Positions 1 through 9,064 are shown, counted from the stretch's first letter. The stretch is DNA of 16,651 nt from Octopus sinensis (GCF_006345805.1 NW_021825129.1:1-16651), one strand, 5' to 3'. Notes: a model not told the origin generated them from the sequence alone. A program made the numbers and translations.

Positions 1-51
1 ATAGTTTCCCCGATAATGAAATTGGATTTATTTGTTCTGTATTGGAACCTT

Positions 52-196
52 ACATATATATATATATTTGTGTACTATGCTATATTGTTTGTGCGTATAT
101 GTCCTAGTCTAAAGTTATATATAAAGAAGAAATGTGGCATACGTTGCGTGTGTGTGCATATATGCACTATCTTTATATACATATATATATATATAT

Positions 197-256
<60 letters not shown>

Positions 257-925
257 TAATATGTGTGTATGTATGTATGTTGTATGTATATTATACATTC
301 AATACATTGCGTATTGAGTTTTATTTCTGTGTTCCTAGAACAAACTTTTATAGCCTTGAGTGTGTGTGTGTGTGTGTGTGTGTTGTGTGGTGGTGTGTGT
401 GTGTGTGTGTGTGTGTACGTTTGTAAGCATACACATGCATACACACAAACGTATATTTATATGTATATATATACATACCTACAATATACATAAATAGATA
501 TGCATACATACATATATACATTTGTGCATTAATGCGCTTTAATGTATATTTCTGTATGCATATATGTACGAATGAGCATATAAAGCTATATTTATGTGTG
601 TATATACACTTATATGTAAGTATACATATACATGCACTTATATACATATATGCAAACTGACATGCATGCGCGCGCGCATACAGCACACATTTGTACCTGT
701 GAATATGTGTAATTTATTTATATATATATATACATATATATACTATATATGTATATATATATATATGATGTGTGTGTGTGTGTATATATATAAATCAGGT
801 GTTCAGGTAATATAGCAATTTCTTCAAGGATATATGTGTGTGTATTTGTGTGTGGGTGTATATATATATATGTATGTATGTGTAAGCATGTATATGTGAT
901 GTGTGATATATATATATATATACAC
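52..925. repeat. Compound (TA)n/(TG)n/(CA)n microsatellite field
   Basis: Directly visible dinucleotide runs; overlapping ORFs translate to YI/CV/HT repeats. Confidence 0.95.
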
Positions 926-1115
926 CTAATTATCAGAGATAGAGAGACGGGGACAAGAGGGGGAAAGAGGAAGAGAATGTGGCGAAGAATATATTTTGAC
1001 ATTTATTTATCAATATAAAGATGAAAGGGATAAATATGGCGGTAAAGGTAATGGTCTGTGGCTTGTCAAAAATATTACAGTGACAGATACTTGCATTATT
1101 TACTTTTGTATTTCC

Positions 1116-1212
1116 ACGTTCTGGTTTCAAGTCTGACCGGCGTCAACTTTGCAGTTTAACTTTCCGAGGTCGATAGAATAATACTATTTAAGATCTGGAC
1201 GCAATCTATGAC
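1116..1212 (+). mobile_element. Degenerate Deu/Nin-domain-like SINE fragment
   Basis: acgttctggtttcaagtc...gtcaactttgcagtttaactttccgaggtcgata resembles the reverse complement of 11002-11171 and the Deu/Nin core (gcctttcatcc.tcc.gaggtcgataaa) as recalled. Confidence 0.4.
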
Positions 1213-1280
1213 AGCTATTCATTGTACGAAATTGTTTTTCCTTATTTCGATATCAGTAGTCAATATTTAAAATAGCATTC

Positions 1281-2424
1281 CTACTGCGTGGCACCTTGGG
1301 CAAGTGTCCTCTAAAGCCTCAGACCGACTAAAACCTTGTGAGAGGATTTGATAGACGGAAGCCGATAAAAGCCTGTGAGGCGTGGCACCTAGAGCAGGTG
1401 TCCTCTAAAGTCTCAGACTGACCAAACAACCTTGAGAGAGGATTTGATAGAGACGGAAGCCGATAAAAGCCTGTGAGGCGTGGCACCTAGAGCAGGTTGT
1501 CCTCTAAAAGCCCTCATACGCGACTAAAACCTTGTGAGAGGATTTGATAGACGGAAGCCGATAAAAGCCTGTGAGCGTGGCACCTAGAGCAGGTGTCCTC
1601 TAAAGCCTCAACCGACTAAACACCTTGTGAGAGGATTGATAGACGGAAGCCGATAAAAGCCTGTGAGGCGTGGCACCTAGAGCAGGTTCCTCTAAGCCTC
1701 AGACCGACTAAAACCTTGTGAGAGGATTTGATAGACGGAAGCCCTGATAAAGCCTGTGAGGCGTGGCACCTAGAGCAGGTGTCCTCTAAAGCCTCAGACC
1801 GACTAAAACCTTGTGAGAGGATTTGATAGACGGAAGCCGATAAAAGCCTGTGAGGCGTGGCACCTAGAGCAGGTGTCCTCTAAAGCCTCAGACCGACTAA
1901 AACCTTGTGAGAGGATTTGATAGACGGAAGCCGATAAAAGCCTGTGAGGCGTGGCACCTAGAGCAGGTGTCCTCTAAAGCCTCAGACCGACTAAAACCTT
2001 GTGAGAGGATTGATAGACGGAAGCCGATAAAAGCCTGTGAGGCGTGGCACCTAGAGCAGGTGTGTCCTCTAAAGCCTCAGACCGACTAAACCTTGTGAGA
2101 GGATTTGATAGACGGAAGCCGATAAAAGCCTGTGAGGCGTGGCACCTAGAGCAGGTGTCCTCTAAAGTCTCAGACTGACCAAACAACCTTGAGAGAGGAT
2201 TTTATAGATGGAAGGTGATAAAAGTGTGTGTGATGTGTGTGTGAGTGTATGAGCGTGTGTGTGTGTGTGTGTGTGCCTGTGTTTATCCCCACCACCGCTT
2301 GACAACCGGTGCGTGTGTTTCGTCCCCGTAACTAAGCAATAGAATAAAAAAGATTATTTAAGTACTGGGGCCGATCCATTCGACTAAAAATTCTTCAAGA
2401 CAGTGCCCCAGTATGGCCGAAGTC
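1281..2424 (+). mobile_element. 5'-truncated tRNA-derived SINE (family A) with internal tandem amplification, interrupted near its 3' end
   Basis: ctactgcgtggcaccttgggcaagtgtc... and the tail accgcttgacaaccggtg...cgtccccgtaact...gtgccccagtatggccg align with the intact copies at 12214-12622 and 15995-16404; the terminal aatgactgaaacaa is missing. Confidence 0.85.
1286..2230 (+). repeat. Minisatellite, 10 units of ~94 bp derived from the SINE body
   Basis: gcgtggcacc recurs at 1286, 1380, 1478, 1575, 1668, 1761, 1855, 1949, 2042 and 2137; units are nearly identical with no variable spacers. Confidence 0.95.
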
Positions 2425-2825
2425 GGATCTTTTCCTTTTGAACGGCAGTTTGTAACATAATTTCTAGGTAACTAAAGACTTTAAACTTCGTATACTGGTA
2501 GAATGTGTTTATAAAACATCATTTCCTCTTAGCTTTATTGAGAAAATTCTATAGTTTGTAAGATATTTCGTCTTTAATTTCTTGCATTTAGGCAATTTTA
2601 ACCAGTCACTGGCGTCCATTTAGGTAAATAACATTCTGTGCATAATGAATATGTCCCTCCTTTAAGAAACAGATTGGGTTTATTTACATTTGTGAAGAAA
2701 AAAGATACCCTTCCCCCACCCCTAACCCTAACTCTAGCCCTAATCTAAATAGATTGAATGCAACAGATCGATACTAGGGTTATAATTATGGGTGACAATT
2801 TCATACGACACCGCTATAAAAAAAA
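2425..2825. mobile_element. Probable non-autonomous DNA element (MITE-like) with internal CCCTAA repeats; right end replaced by an inverted repeat
   Basis: Begins abruptly (ggatcttttccttttgaacggcagttt) where SINE homology stops; non-coding; CCCTAA at ~2720-2743. Class assignment is inference and no second terminus is seen. Confidence 0.45.
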
Positions 2826-2962
2826 ATAGCGGTGTCGTATGAAATTGTCACCCATAATTATACCCTAGTATCGATCTATTGCATTTCAATCTATTTTAGA
2901 TTTAGAGTTACAGTTAGGGTTAGTTAGGGTTAGGGTTAGGGTTAGGGGTGGGAAGGGTATCT
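2703..2962. repeat. Long inverted repeat with telomere-type CCCTAA/TTAGGG repeats in the arms
   Basis: 2703-2817 (agatacccttccc...gacaccgctat) is the reverse complement of 2826-2962 (atagcggtgtc...aagggtatct) around an 8-A loop; TTAGGG run at 2914-2946. Confidence 0.93.
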
Positions 2963-3306
2963 GTTTTGGTTAATTGCATGAGTACGACAAGTGTTATTTT
3001 TATGGTGATATATTAGGCAGTTTTTAGACATTAGCGTCTTCTTCTAGCATGCAGTCGGACTCGTATACGTACGTGAGTGTTTCTGATATATATATTTTTA
3101 TATATCAATTGACAAATTGATTCATTTGACCTTAACCGGTTCATTGCATGCTCACTACCTGATAGAACCTATCATAGATTTTATCCTCCATTTTATATAT
3201 ATATATATATATATATTGATAAAACGGTAAGATAAAAGAAGAAAGAGACCACCTCATATTATGTAAATAGAGGAAATTTATCTATACAATATGTTACATT
3301 ACTCGG

Positions 3307-3378
3307 TAGTCAAGATAAAACTCTGAGTTTCAGATGCCGAAGTGGAAATCCACAACACATCTCTTCGTTATCTGGCTA
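3307..3378 (-). ncRNA. Hammerhead-ribozyme-like motif in the 3' pLTR (this copy is 1 nt short in the core)
   Basis: Reverse complement of the motif at 6151-6224 with two single-base deletions. Confidence 0.45.
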
Positions 3379-3589
3379 TTTGAAAACGTTATGAAAAATA
3401 CCGTTAAAAATGAAGGGAAATTACTCTGTTATAACTCTGCTTTGCCTGCGTACTTATACATCGCTCGCATTTTTCGTCATAAAAATTATATAAAAATACA
3501 TAAAAAAATATATAAAAATATATAAAAATATATAAAATCTTCTTGGGACATAACACAGAAAGCATGTTCTATCCGTTTTCTTTAGGGGA

Positions 3590-5699
3590 CCAAAACGTAA
3601 CAGAAATTTAGTCACATGTGGGCATGATCCGAAAAGCTCTGTCCTTGTATTTAGACATGTGGTAGGGTCTAAGCTGCTTTTCCCAGATAAGCCATCTCTC
3701 CATGTCGCATAAACCGCACCTTCGCTGCCGTTAGTATAGGGCTTACATCTGGCCAAATCTTCCATTGTATGTTATAATCGACACCTTTATCTCTTAAAGA
3801 CCAATATGATTGGATAATTGTGTCGGTTTTCTTTTGTTCCAGTGCCTAAAGCTCAAAGTGTGGTTATTGAACCTGGCCTTGAAATTACCCTCTGTCAGGC
3901 CCACGTATTTCTTCGTCGAAACGGTGTCTTTTAGTGGTTATAGAGTTTACGGTAGCTTCATATATGATGGTCTTGGACATGCAGCTCCATTTAGCGGGCA
4001 CAATTCTTTATTCCTGCATGAACAGCTGTTTTCTTCTTCTTGTGTTTTTTGTATGTTATGATTGATTATGTTTTTAAAATTGGTAGTTGAACTAAAACTA
4101 ATTTTTAAATTGTGTCTATTGAAGAGTTTCCTATAAGCATGGTTCACTGGAAAATGTCTATCTATCAGTGCTAGGAAATATTTACCTATATTGAAGGCCA
4201 CCTCGGTTGAGTAAGGGGGCGTAAACCAGATGACCTTCCTATTTCTATTATTCCTTTTCCTTATTGTTGGGTTGGTGATGAGGGTGTATATTTTATTTTT
4301 TTCGCTAAAACCACTATCTTTTAAAGCTTTATTATAAACTGGGGCAACGCTATTGAAGATGTCCTCATTAGATTGAGAGGCTAGAAATCCTCTTACTAAT
4401 TTTTTAACTAACTTTTTGAATACTATAGGGGGATGGCATGAACCTACATTAATATAAACTTAGTCTATCATTGGGCTTCCTATAAGGCTTATAATATTAT
4501 TATTAAGATCTAAGGAACGTCTAGAAATTGACAACCGTCAGTTAGTGTCTATAGTTATACTAAGTCCGAAGTGTTTCATTAACTGGATAATATCCTTCCT
4601 AAAACGATCTTGTGCTGGTCCATTTGTATTAGCTGTTAAGGCGAGGGCATCATCTTTGTAGATGGCGAAATGTACGTTAGGGAATGTCTTACCGAAGGTA
4701 TCTAGGAGAAGAGTCCAATTAGATCACAGATGCCTGCCCCGCCCACATATGAACCCATGCTCATATCGAAAGCGCCCTCCGTTCGGTGTTTTTTTACCCA
4801 CTTTGCATTCTCACTGAAAGAATGTCTTTCTAGCATGGAAGATTATATCCTTATCATTGGTACTAATTTCTATGAAGTCACTAGCGAAGATTAGGTGCTT
4901 TATCTAGCAGTTCTTTTAGAGATAGAGGCATAAAATCAACAATATCGAATTGTGTAAACCTCGCGTTTTTCTTATTCTTAATAGCTTTAAACCAGTCTAC
5001 ACTTCTATACTATTGGACCATTGCACTAGCCTAGTATCGGTCTTAATTTTCGTATTTATTTTATCTAAAATTTCTTTGCTAATAATCCCTAGTTCCTGAC
5101 TTTGCTGGGTTGATAAGCCTACATTTAGGGTTTGGAAAGGAAGTTTTCTTTGTGGTCTTTAATAGTAATAAAGGCCTCTTTTTGGGGGAGGGTTTCTATT
5201 TTTTTATCTAATTTAAGTTTAGCGGCGATGACGCTAGCTTCTTTATTAATTTCGTTATATGTCTGTGCCCTAGCCTTAGTATAATTATTAATGATGCTGT
5301 TGTGTAAGAGTTGTGTGTATTTGCTGTTATCTACCAGGTATAAGTTCTTGGTTTATCCGAAAAAAGTGCTTTTTTCTTGGAGAGCTTTTTATATGATCAA
5401 TATCTTTTTTCAATTTATGTTGGAAATTGTTAAAAGACTTACGAAACTTTATTTTGCTCATGATCTTCAGCAGGTCCCATCGAATCTTCCAAGCCTTTAA
5501 TCCTAGGAGAGAATTTTTTGGATTTTATATCCGATAGCAAATGTTTTCCTTGGTGTTCGCTTCTGTGTCAAAAAAAAAGCCTTCCATCTCATACGCTTAA
5601 TTACATCAGTAATTTTTTTGCAGAAGTTTCTTAGAGTAAAAATCCTTTGATGGGATCGGTATATTTTTTCATAGAATAATCTATGTGATATGCGTCCAT
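3590..5699 (-). pseudogene. Frameshifted Penelope-like RT/GIY-YIG polyprotein (~2.1 kb)
   Basis: Manual translation across frameshifts: ATG at 5699 MDAYHIDYSMKNIPIPS...IKRMRWKAFF; FTQFDIVDF (~4930-4960); FDMSMGSY (~4750-4770); catalytic YKDD (4649-4660); VNFLDV; WFTPPYSTEVAFNIGKYF; CSCRNKELCPLNG; IIYEATV...KKYVGLTEGNFKARFNNH; RCGLC; SCPH. The 3' end of the ORF is approximate. Confidence 0.9.
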
Positions 5700-5724
5700 A
5701 TTAGATTCTTTTGTTGTGAGAGTC

Positions 5725-6248
5725 CTTTAAGAGATAAAGGTGTCGATTATAACATACAATGGAAGATTTTGGCCAGATGTAAGCCCTATACTAACGGCAG
5801 CGGAAGGTGCGGTTTTATGCGACATGGAGAGATGGCTTATCTGGAAAAGCAGCTAGACCCTACCACATGTCTAAATACAAGGACAGAGCTTTTCGGATCA
5901 TGCCCACATGTGACTAAATTTCTGTTACGTTTTTGGTCCCCTAAAGAAACGGATAGAACATGCTTTCTTTCTGTGTTATGTCCCCAAGAAATTTTATATA
6001 TTTTATATATTTTTATTATTTTTTTTATGTATTTTTATATAATTTTTATGACGAAAAATGCGAGCGATGTATAAGTACGCAGGCAAAGCAGAGTTATAAC
6101 AGAGTAATTTCCCTTCATTTTTAACGGTATTTTTTCATAACGTTTTCAAATAGCCAGATAACCGAAGAGATGGTGTTGTGGATTTCCACTTCGGCATCTG
6201 AAACTCAGAGTTTTATCTTGACTACCGAGTAATGTAACATATTGTATA
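5725..6248 (+). repeat. Inverted pseudo-LTR of the Penelope element (copy of 3283-3799)
   Basis: ctttaagagataaaggtgtcg...aatgtaacatattgtata is the reverse complement of 3283-3799; differences are mostly 1-nt indels; explains ORF 5685-6074 matching ORF 3454-3765. Confidence 0.96.
6151..6224 (+). ncRNA. Type I hammerhead-ribozyme-like motif, variant core
   Basis: Stem I agataa(6156-61)/ttatct(6213-18); core CCGAAGA(6162-68); stem II gatg...catc with inner gtgga/tccac; T then GAAA(6200-03); near-palindromic stem III ctc-a-gag; UH = TT(6211-12). Penelope pLTRs are known to carry such motifs. Confidence 0.6.
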
Positions 6249-6269
6249 TATAATATATATATATATATA

Positions 6270-6304
<35 letters not shown>

Positions 6305-6308
<4 letters not shown>

Positions 6309-7705
6309 CCTTTGGTCTAGTCTTCCACTACCCTCCTATTTCTTTGTCTCGCTCTGCACTCACAGGTCATTCTTCGACAACCCATCCCTTCTCCTCTCTG
6401 ATTCCTTCTTTCTCTCTCTCTTCTCTCTCTCTTTGTTGCGTTTTGTCGTCCCCTTTTCTCTCTCTCTCTTCTTCTCTGTCACGTGACTGTTGGCCGAAAT
6501 CTGCCTTTCAGCTCCTGACCCTCGTCGTGTTAACATCGTTGTTCTTCGTCCGCCGCCGCTATAAAGGCTTTTTCCAATGCGCCAGAGAAAAAATTGTTTG
6601 CTTGTTATCAGTCGTAAGACACTTGTTGTTCTCACCGTTAATGCTTCTGTTTTCATGTTTCTGTATTCCTTATTGTTTTTTTGTTTTTTCTATATCCGTC
6701 CCTTTTGCTGTCCTGGTGTTCGTTTGCATTCGATCCTTCTTCCAGGAAATCTACGCTTCCAGCTTAGTTTTTCTTGGAGGGCTGGCCGTGATCTAGTAAT
6801 CTCAAGATTAATCAGCCGAATTTACTACGATGATCCGGTTCTTGACTGAAGACTGAGGGGTTCGAACGTCCTGTCCATGTTTTATTGTATCGTCTTCTAT
6901 GAGTTATACGTTCTTGTCCATGTTGTATGTTTTCTACATATACCTTAACATATATTCCAGGCGCCCCGTACCCCCTTTATCATTATGTGAACACATATTC
7001 TTATAATTGGTACGACTCTCTGTTTGTCTCTCTCTCTCTCTCTCATTTTTACTTTCTCTCTATTCATCTTCTCTTTCCTCTGATCCTTTGGTCTAGTCTT
7101 CCACTACCCCCTCCTATTTCTTGTCTCGCTCTGCACTCACAGGTCATTCTTCGACACCCCCCTTCTCCTCTCTGATTCCTTCTTTCTCTTTCTTCTCTCT
7201 CTTTGTTGCGTTTTGTCCCGTCCCTTTCTCTCTCTCTCTCTTCTCTGTCACGTGACTGTTGGCCGAAATCTGCCTTTCAGCTCCTGACCCTCGTCGTGTT
7301 AACATCGTTGTTCTTCGTCCGCCGCTATAAAAGGCTTTTTCCAATGCGCCAGAGAAAAAATTGTTTGCTTGTTATCAGTGTAAGACACTTGTTGTTCTCA
7401 CCGTTAATGCTTCTGTATTTCATGTTTCTGTATTCCATTATTGTTTTTTTGTTTTTTCTATATCCGTCCCCTTTTTGCTGTCCTGGTGTTCGTTTGCATT
7501 CGATCCTTCTTCCAGGAAATCTACGCTTCCAGCTTAGTTTTTCTTGGAGGGCTGGCCGTGATCTAGTAATCTCACGATTAATCAGCCGAAATTACTACGA
7601 TGATCCGGTTCTTGACTGAAGACTGAGGGGTTCGAACGTCCTGTCCCTGTTTATTGTATCGTCTTCTATGAGTTATACGTTCTTGTCCATGTTGTATTTT
7701 TCTAC

Positions 7706-7713
<8 letters not shown>
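6305..7713 (+). mobile_element. Non-coding partial tandem repeat (period 776 bp, ~1.8 copies) between (TA)n runs; probable pLTR tandem of a second Penelope-like family
   Basis: 6305-6947 repeats at 7081-7713 with unique 6948-7080 between; TA runs on both sides; no credible ORF. Family and strand are inference (strand from G-U pairs in the hairpins). Confidence 0.6.
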
Positions 7714-7750
<37 letters not shown>

Positions 7751-7755
<5 letters not shown>

Positions 7756-7960
7756 GAAATGAAGAAAATGCTGACAAATAATTGAAGTTAATTTAAGTAT
7801 TTAATTAGGTGAAAGTTCTTTTTACCGGTTGCGCATTGTTATGCTTATCAAAATATATTTTGATAAGCATAACAAATGCGCAACCGGTAAAAGAACTTTC
7901 ACCTAATTAAATTACTTAATTACTTCAATTATTTGTCAGCATTTTCTTCATTTCCTTTTT
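7751..7960. repeat. Spacer-less palindrome, ~105-bp arms, flanked by TA runs
   Basis: aaaaggaaatgaag...cttatcaaaata|tattttgataag...cttcatttcctttt with centre 7855/7856. Confidence 0.95.
7858..7893 (+). ncRNA. Minimal hammerhead-like motif, variant core, stem I truncated by the fold-back
   Basis: TTGATAA(7860-66) gcat-aacaa-atgc GCAA(7880-83) ccgg TA(7888-89); palindromic stem III accggt as in Penelope minimal hammerheads. Confidence 0.45.
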
Positions 7961-7997
7961 TATATATCACCACCTCGTGTTCGACATCTCCTTTTTT

Positions 7998-8012
7998 TAA
8001 ATATATATATAT

Positions 8013-8050
<38 letters not shown>

Positions 8051-8161
8051 CTAATATATGTATATATAATGTACATATATATATACATATATATATATAT
8101 ATACATCATACATACATACATCATACACATACATACATACATACATACATACATACATACA

Positions 8162-8192
<31 letters not shown>
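7998..8192. repeat. (TA)n and (TACA)n microsatellites
   Basis: Directly visible. Confidence 0.95.
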
Positions 8193-8194
8193 GT

Positions 8195-8499
8195 GGAGGC
8201 GCATGGCCTAGTGGTTAGGGCAGCGGACTCGCGGTCTAGATCGCGGTTTCCGATTCCTAGACCGGGCGTTGTGAGTGTTTATTGAGCAAAACACCTAAAA
8301 AGCTCCACGAGGCTCCGACAGGGGGTGGTGATCCCTGCTGTACTCTTTCACCACAACTTTCTCTCACTCTTTCTTCTGTGGCTTGCTCGCTTAGCCGCGG
8401 GGTGGCGTCATTTGAAGGCTAAAACAATGCGAACGCTTTGTGACCAGCAATGTGTAGCTACATCTGATAGCCTGGTCGGTCACGGTGATCCACGGTGAT
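8195..8499 (+). mobile_element. tRNA-derived SINE (family B, tail type 1)
   Basis: A-box-like tggcctagtgg, B-box-like ggtttccgattcc; body shared with 13975-14261; ends in cacggtgat x2. Confidence 0.85.
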
Positions 8500-8538
8500 A
8501 TATACATATATTCATATATATACATTAGATATATATAA

Positions 8539-8584
<46 letters not shown>

Positions 8585-8844
8585 AAATGTAAAAACGTGT
8601 GTATAAGATACCAGATTTCTGTCTTAAATTTCCATACCAGGTAGAGATTTCTTCCGATGGAATTTTTGTGGACATGTCTTTTTACTTATCAGACACTCGT
8701 TTCATTTAAATCTTCTTTATCTACAGCAGCGGCTTCTGTCTGTGTCTGTTTGAAGCACAGTCACGATGGATTTTCTGCGGTGAGCAAGCTAATATGTAGA
8801 TAATAATGATGCTGGTGAGCAAGCTAATATGTAGATACGCCATT

Positions 8845-8874
8845 ACACACACACACACATACACACCACACACA

Positions 8875-8927
<53 letters not shown>
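8845..8927. repeat. (CA)n microsatellite
   Basis: Directly visible. Confidence 0.95.
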
Positions 8928-8929
<2 letters not shown>

Positions 8930-9064
8930 GAGTGTGTAGTATTATGCATTTTAATGCGTTGCATGGCTCGGTTTGCATAATTGGTATGCATTTGATGAAA
9001 CTTCAAGATATCTGGGTGTATTTTTTTTTTGCTTTTTACGTATTCATTCGGGAGGGTTTCGGAA

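Larger units (their letters stand above)
3217..5721 (-). mobile_element. Penelope-like retroelement with C-terminal GIY-YIG endonuclease (possibly Hydra clade)
   Basis: RT and GIY-YIG motifs on the minus strand; 3' tail ends in a (TA)n run (3195-3216); inverted pLTR at the 5' side; CxCx5C linker (CSCRNKELC). Confidence 0.93.

Noticed and set aside
16-1018. ORFs of 60-136 aa, and similar ones at 7933-8211, 8721-9642 and 12391-13054
   Set aside because: Translations are YI/CV/HT dipeptide runs from stop-free microsatellites.
1286-2230. CRISPR array
   Set aside because: Whole units repeat with no unique spacers, the unit derives from a SINE, and the context is eukaryotic with no cas genes.
2914-2946. 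True telomere or chromosome fusion site
   Set aside because: Only a few imperfect units, embedded in a repeat arm and separated from the CCCTAA tract by ~170 bp of non-telomeric sequence.
3600-4030. Selenoprotein-type (Naiad-like) Penelope with UGA at Cys positions
   Set aside because: The endonuclease is C-terminal, and the Cys codons checked (CSC, LCP, CGLC, SCPH) are TGT/TGC.
7550-7600. Canonical HDV-like ribozyme or SECIS element
   Set aside because: Pseudoknot order resembles P1/P2/P3, but P1.1, P4 and a correctly placed catalytic C are missing; the ATGA..AA..GA SECIS-like reading has a poor stem.
6304-7619. Hydrophobic membrane-protein ORFs
   Set aside because: CT/T-rich low-complexity sequence; the reading frames are not preserved between the two tandem copies.
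6305-7713. LTR retrotransposon or TRIM
   Set aside because: No TG...CA termini at both ends, primer-binding site, polypurine tract or 4-6 bp TSD identified; better read as a head-to-tail partial tandem.
8195-8270. Functional tRNA genes (also 12214, 14190-14261, 15608, 15995)
   Set aside because: A/B boxes run into SINE bodies and tails; no complete cloverleaf acceptor stem.
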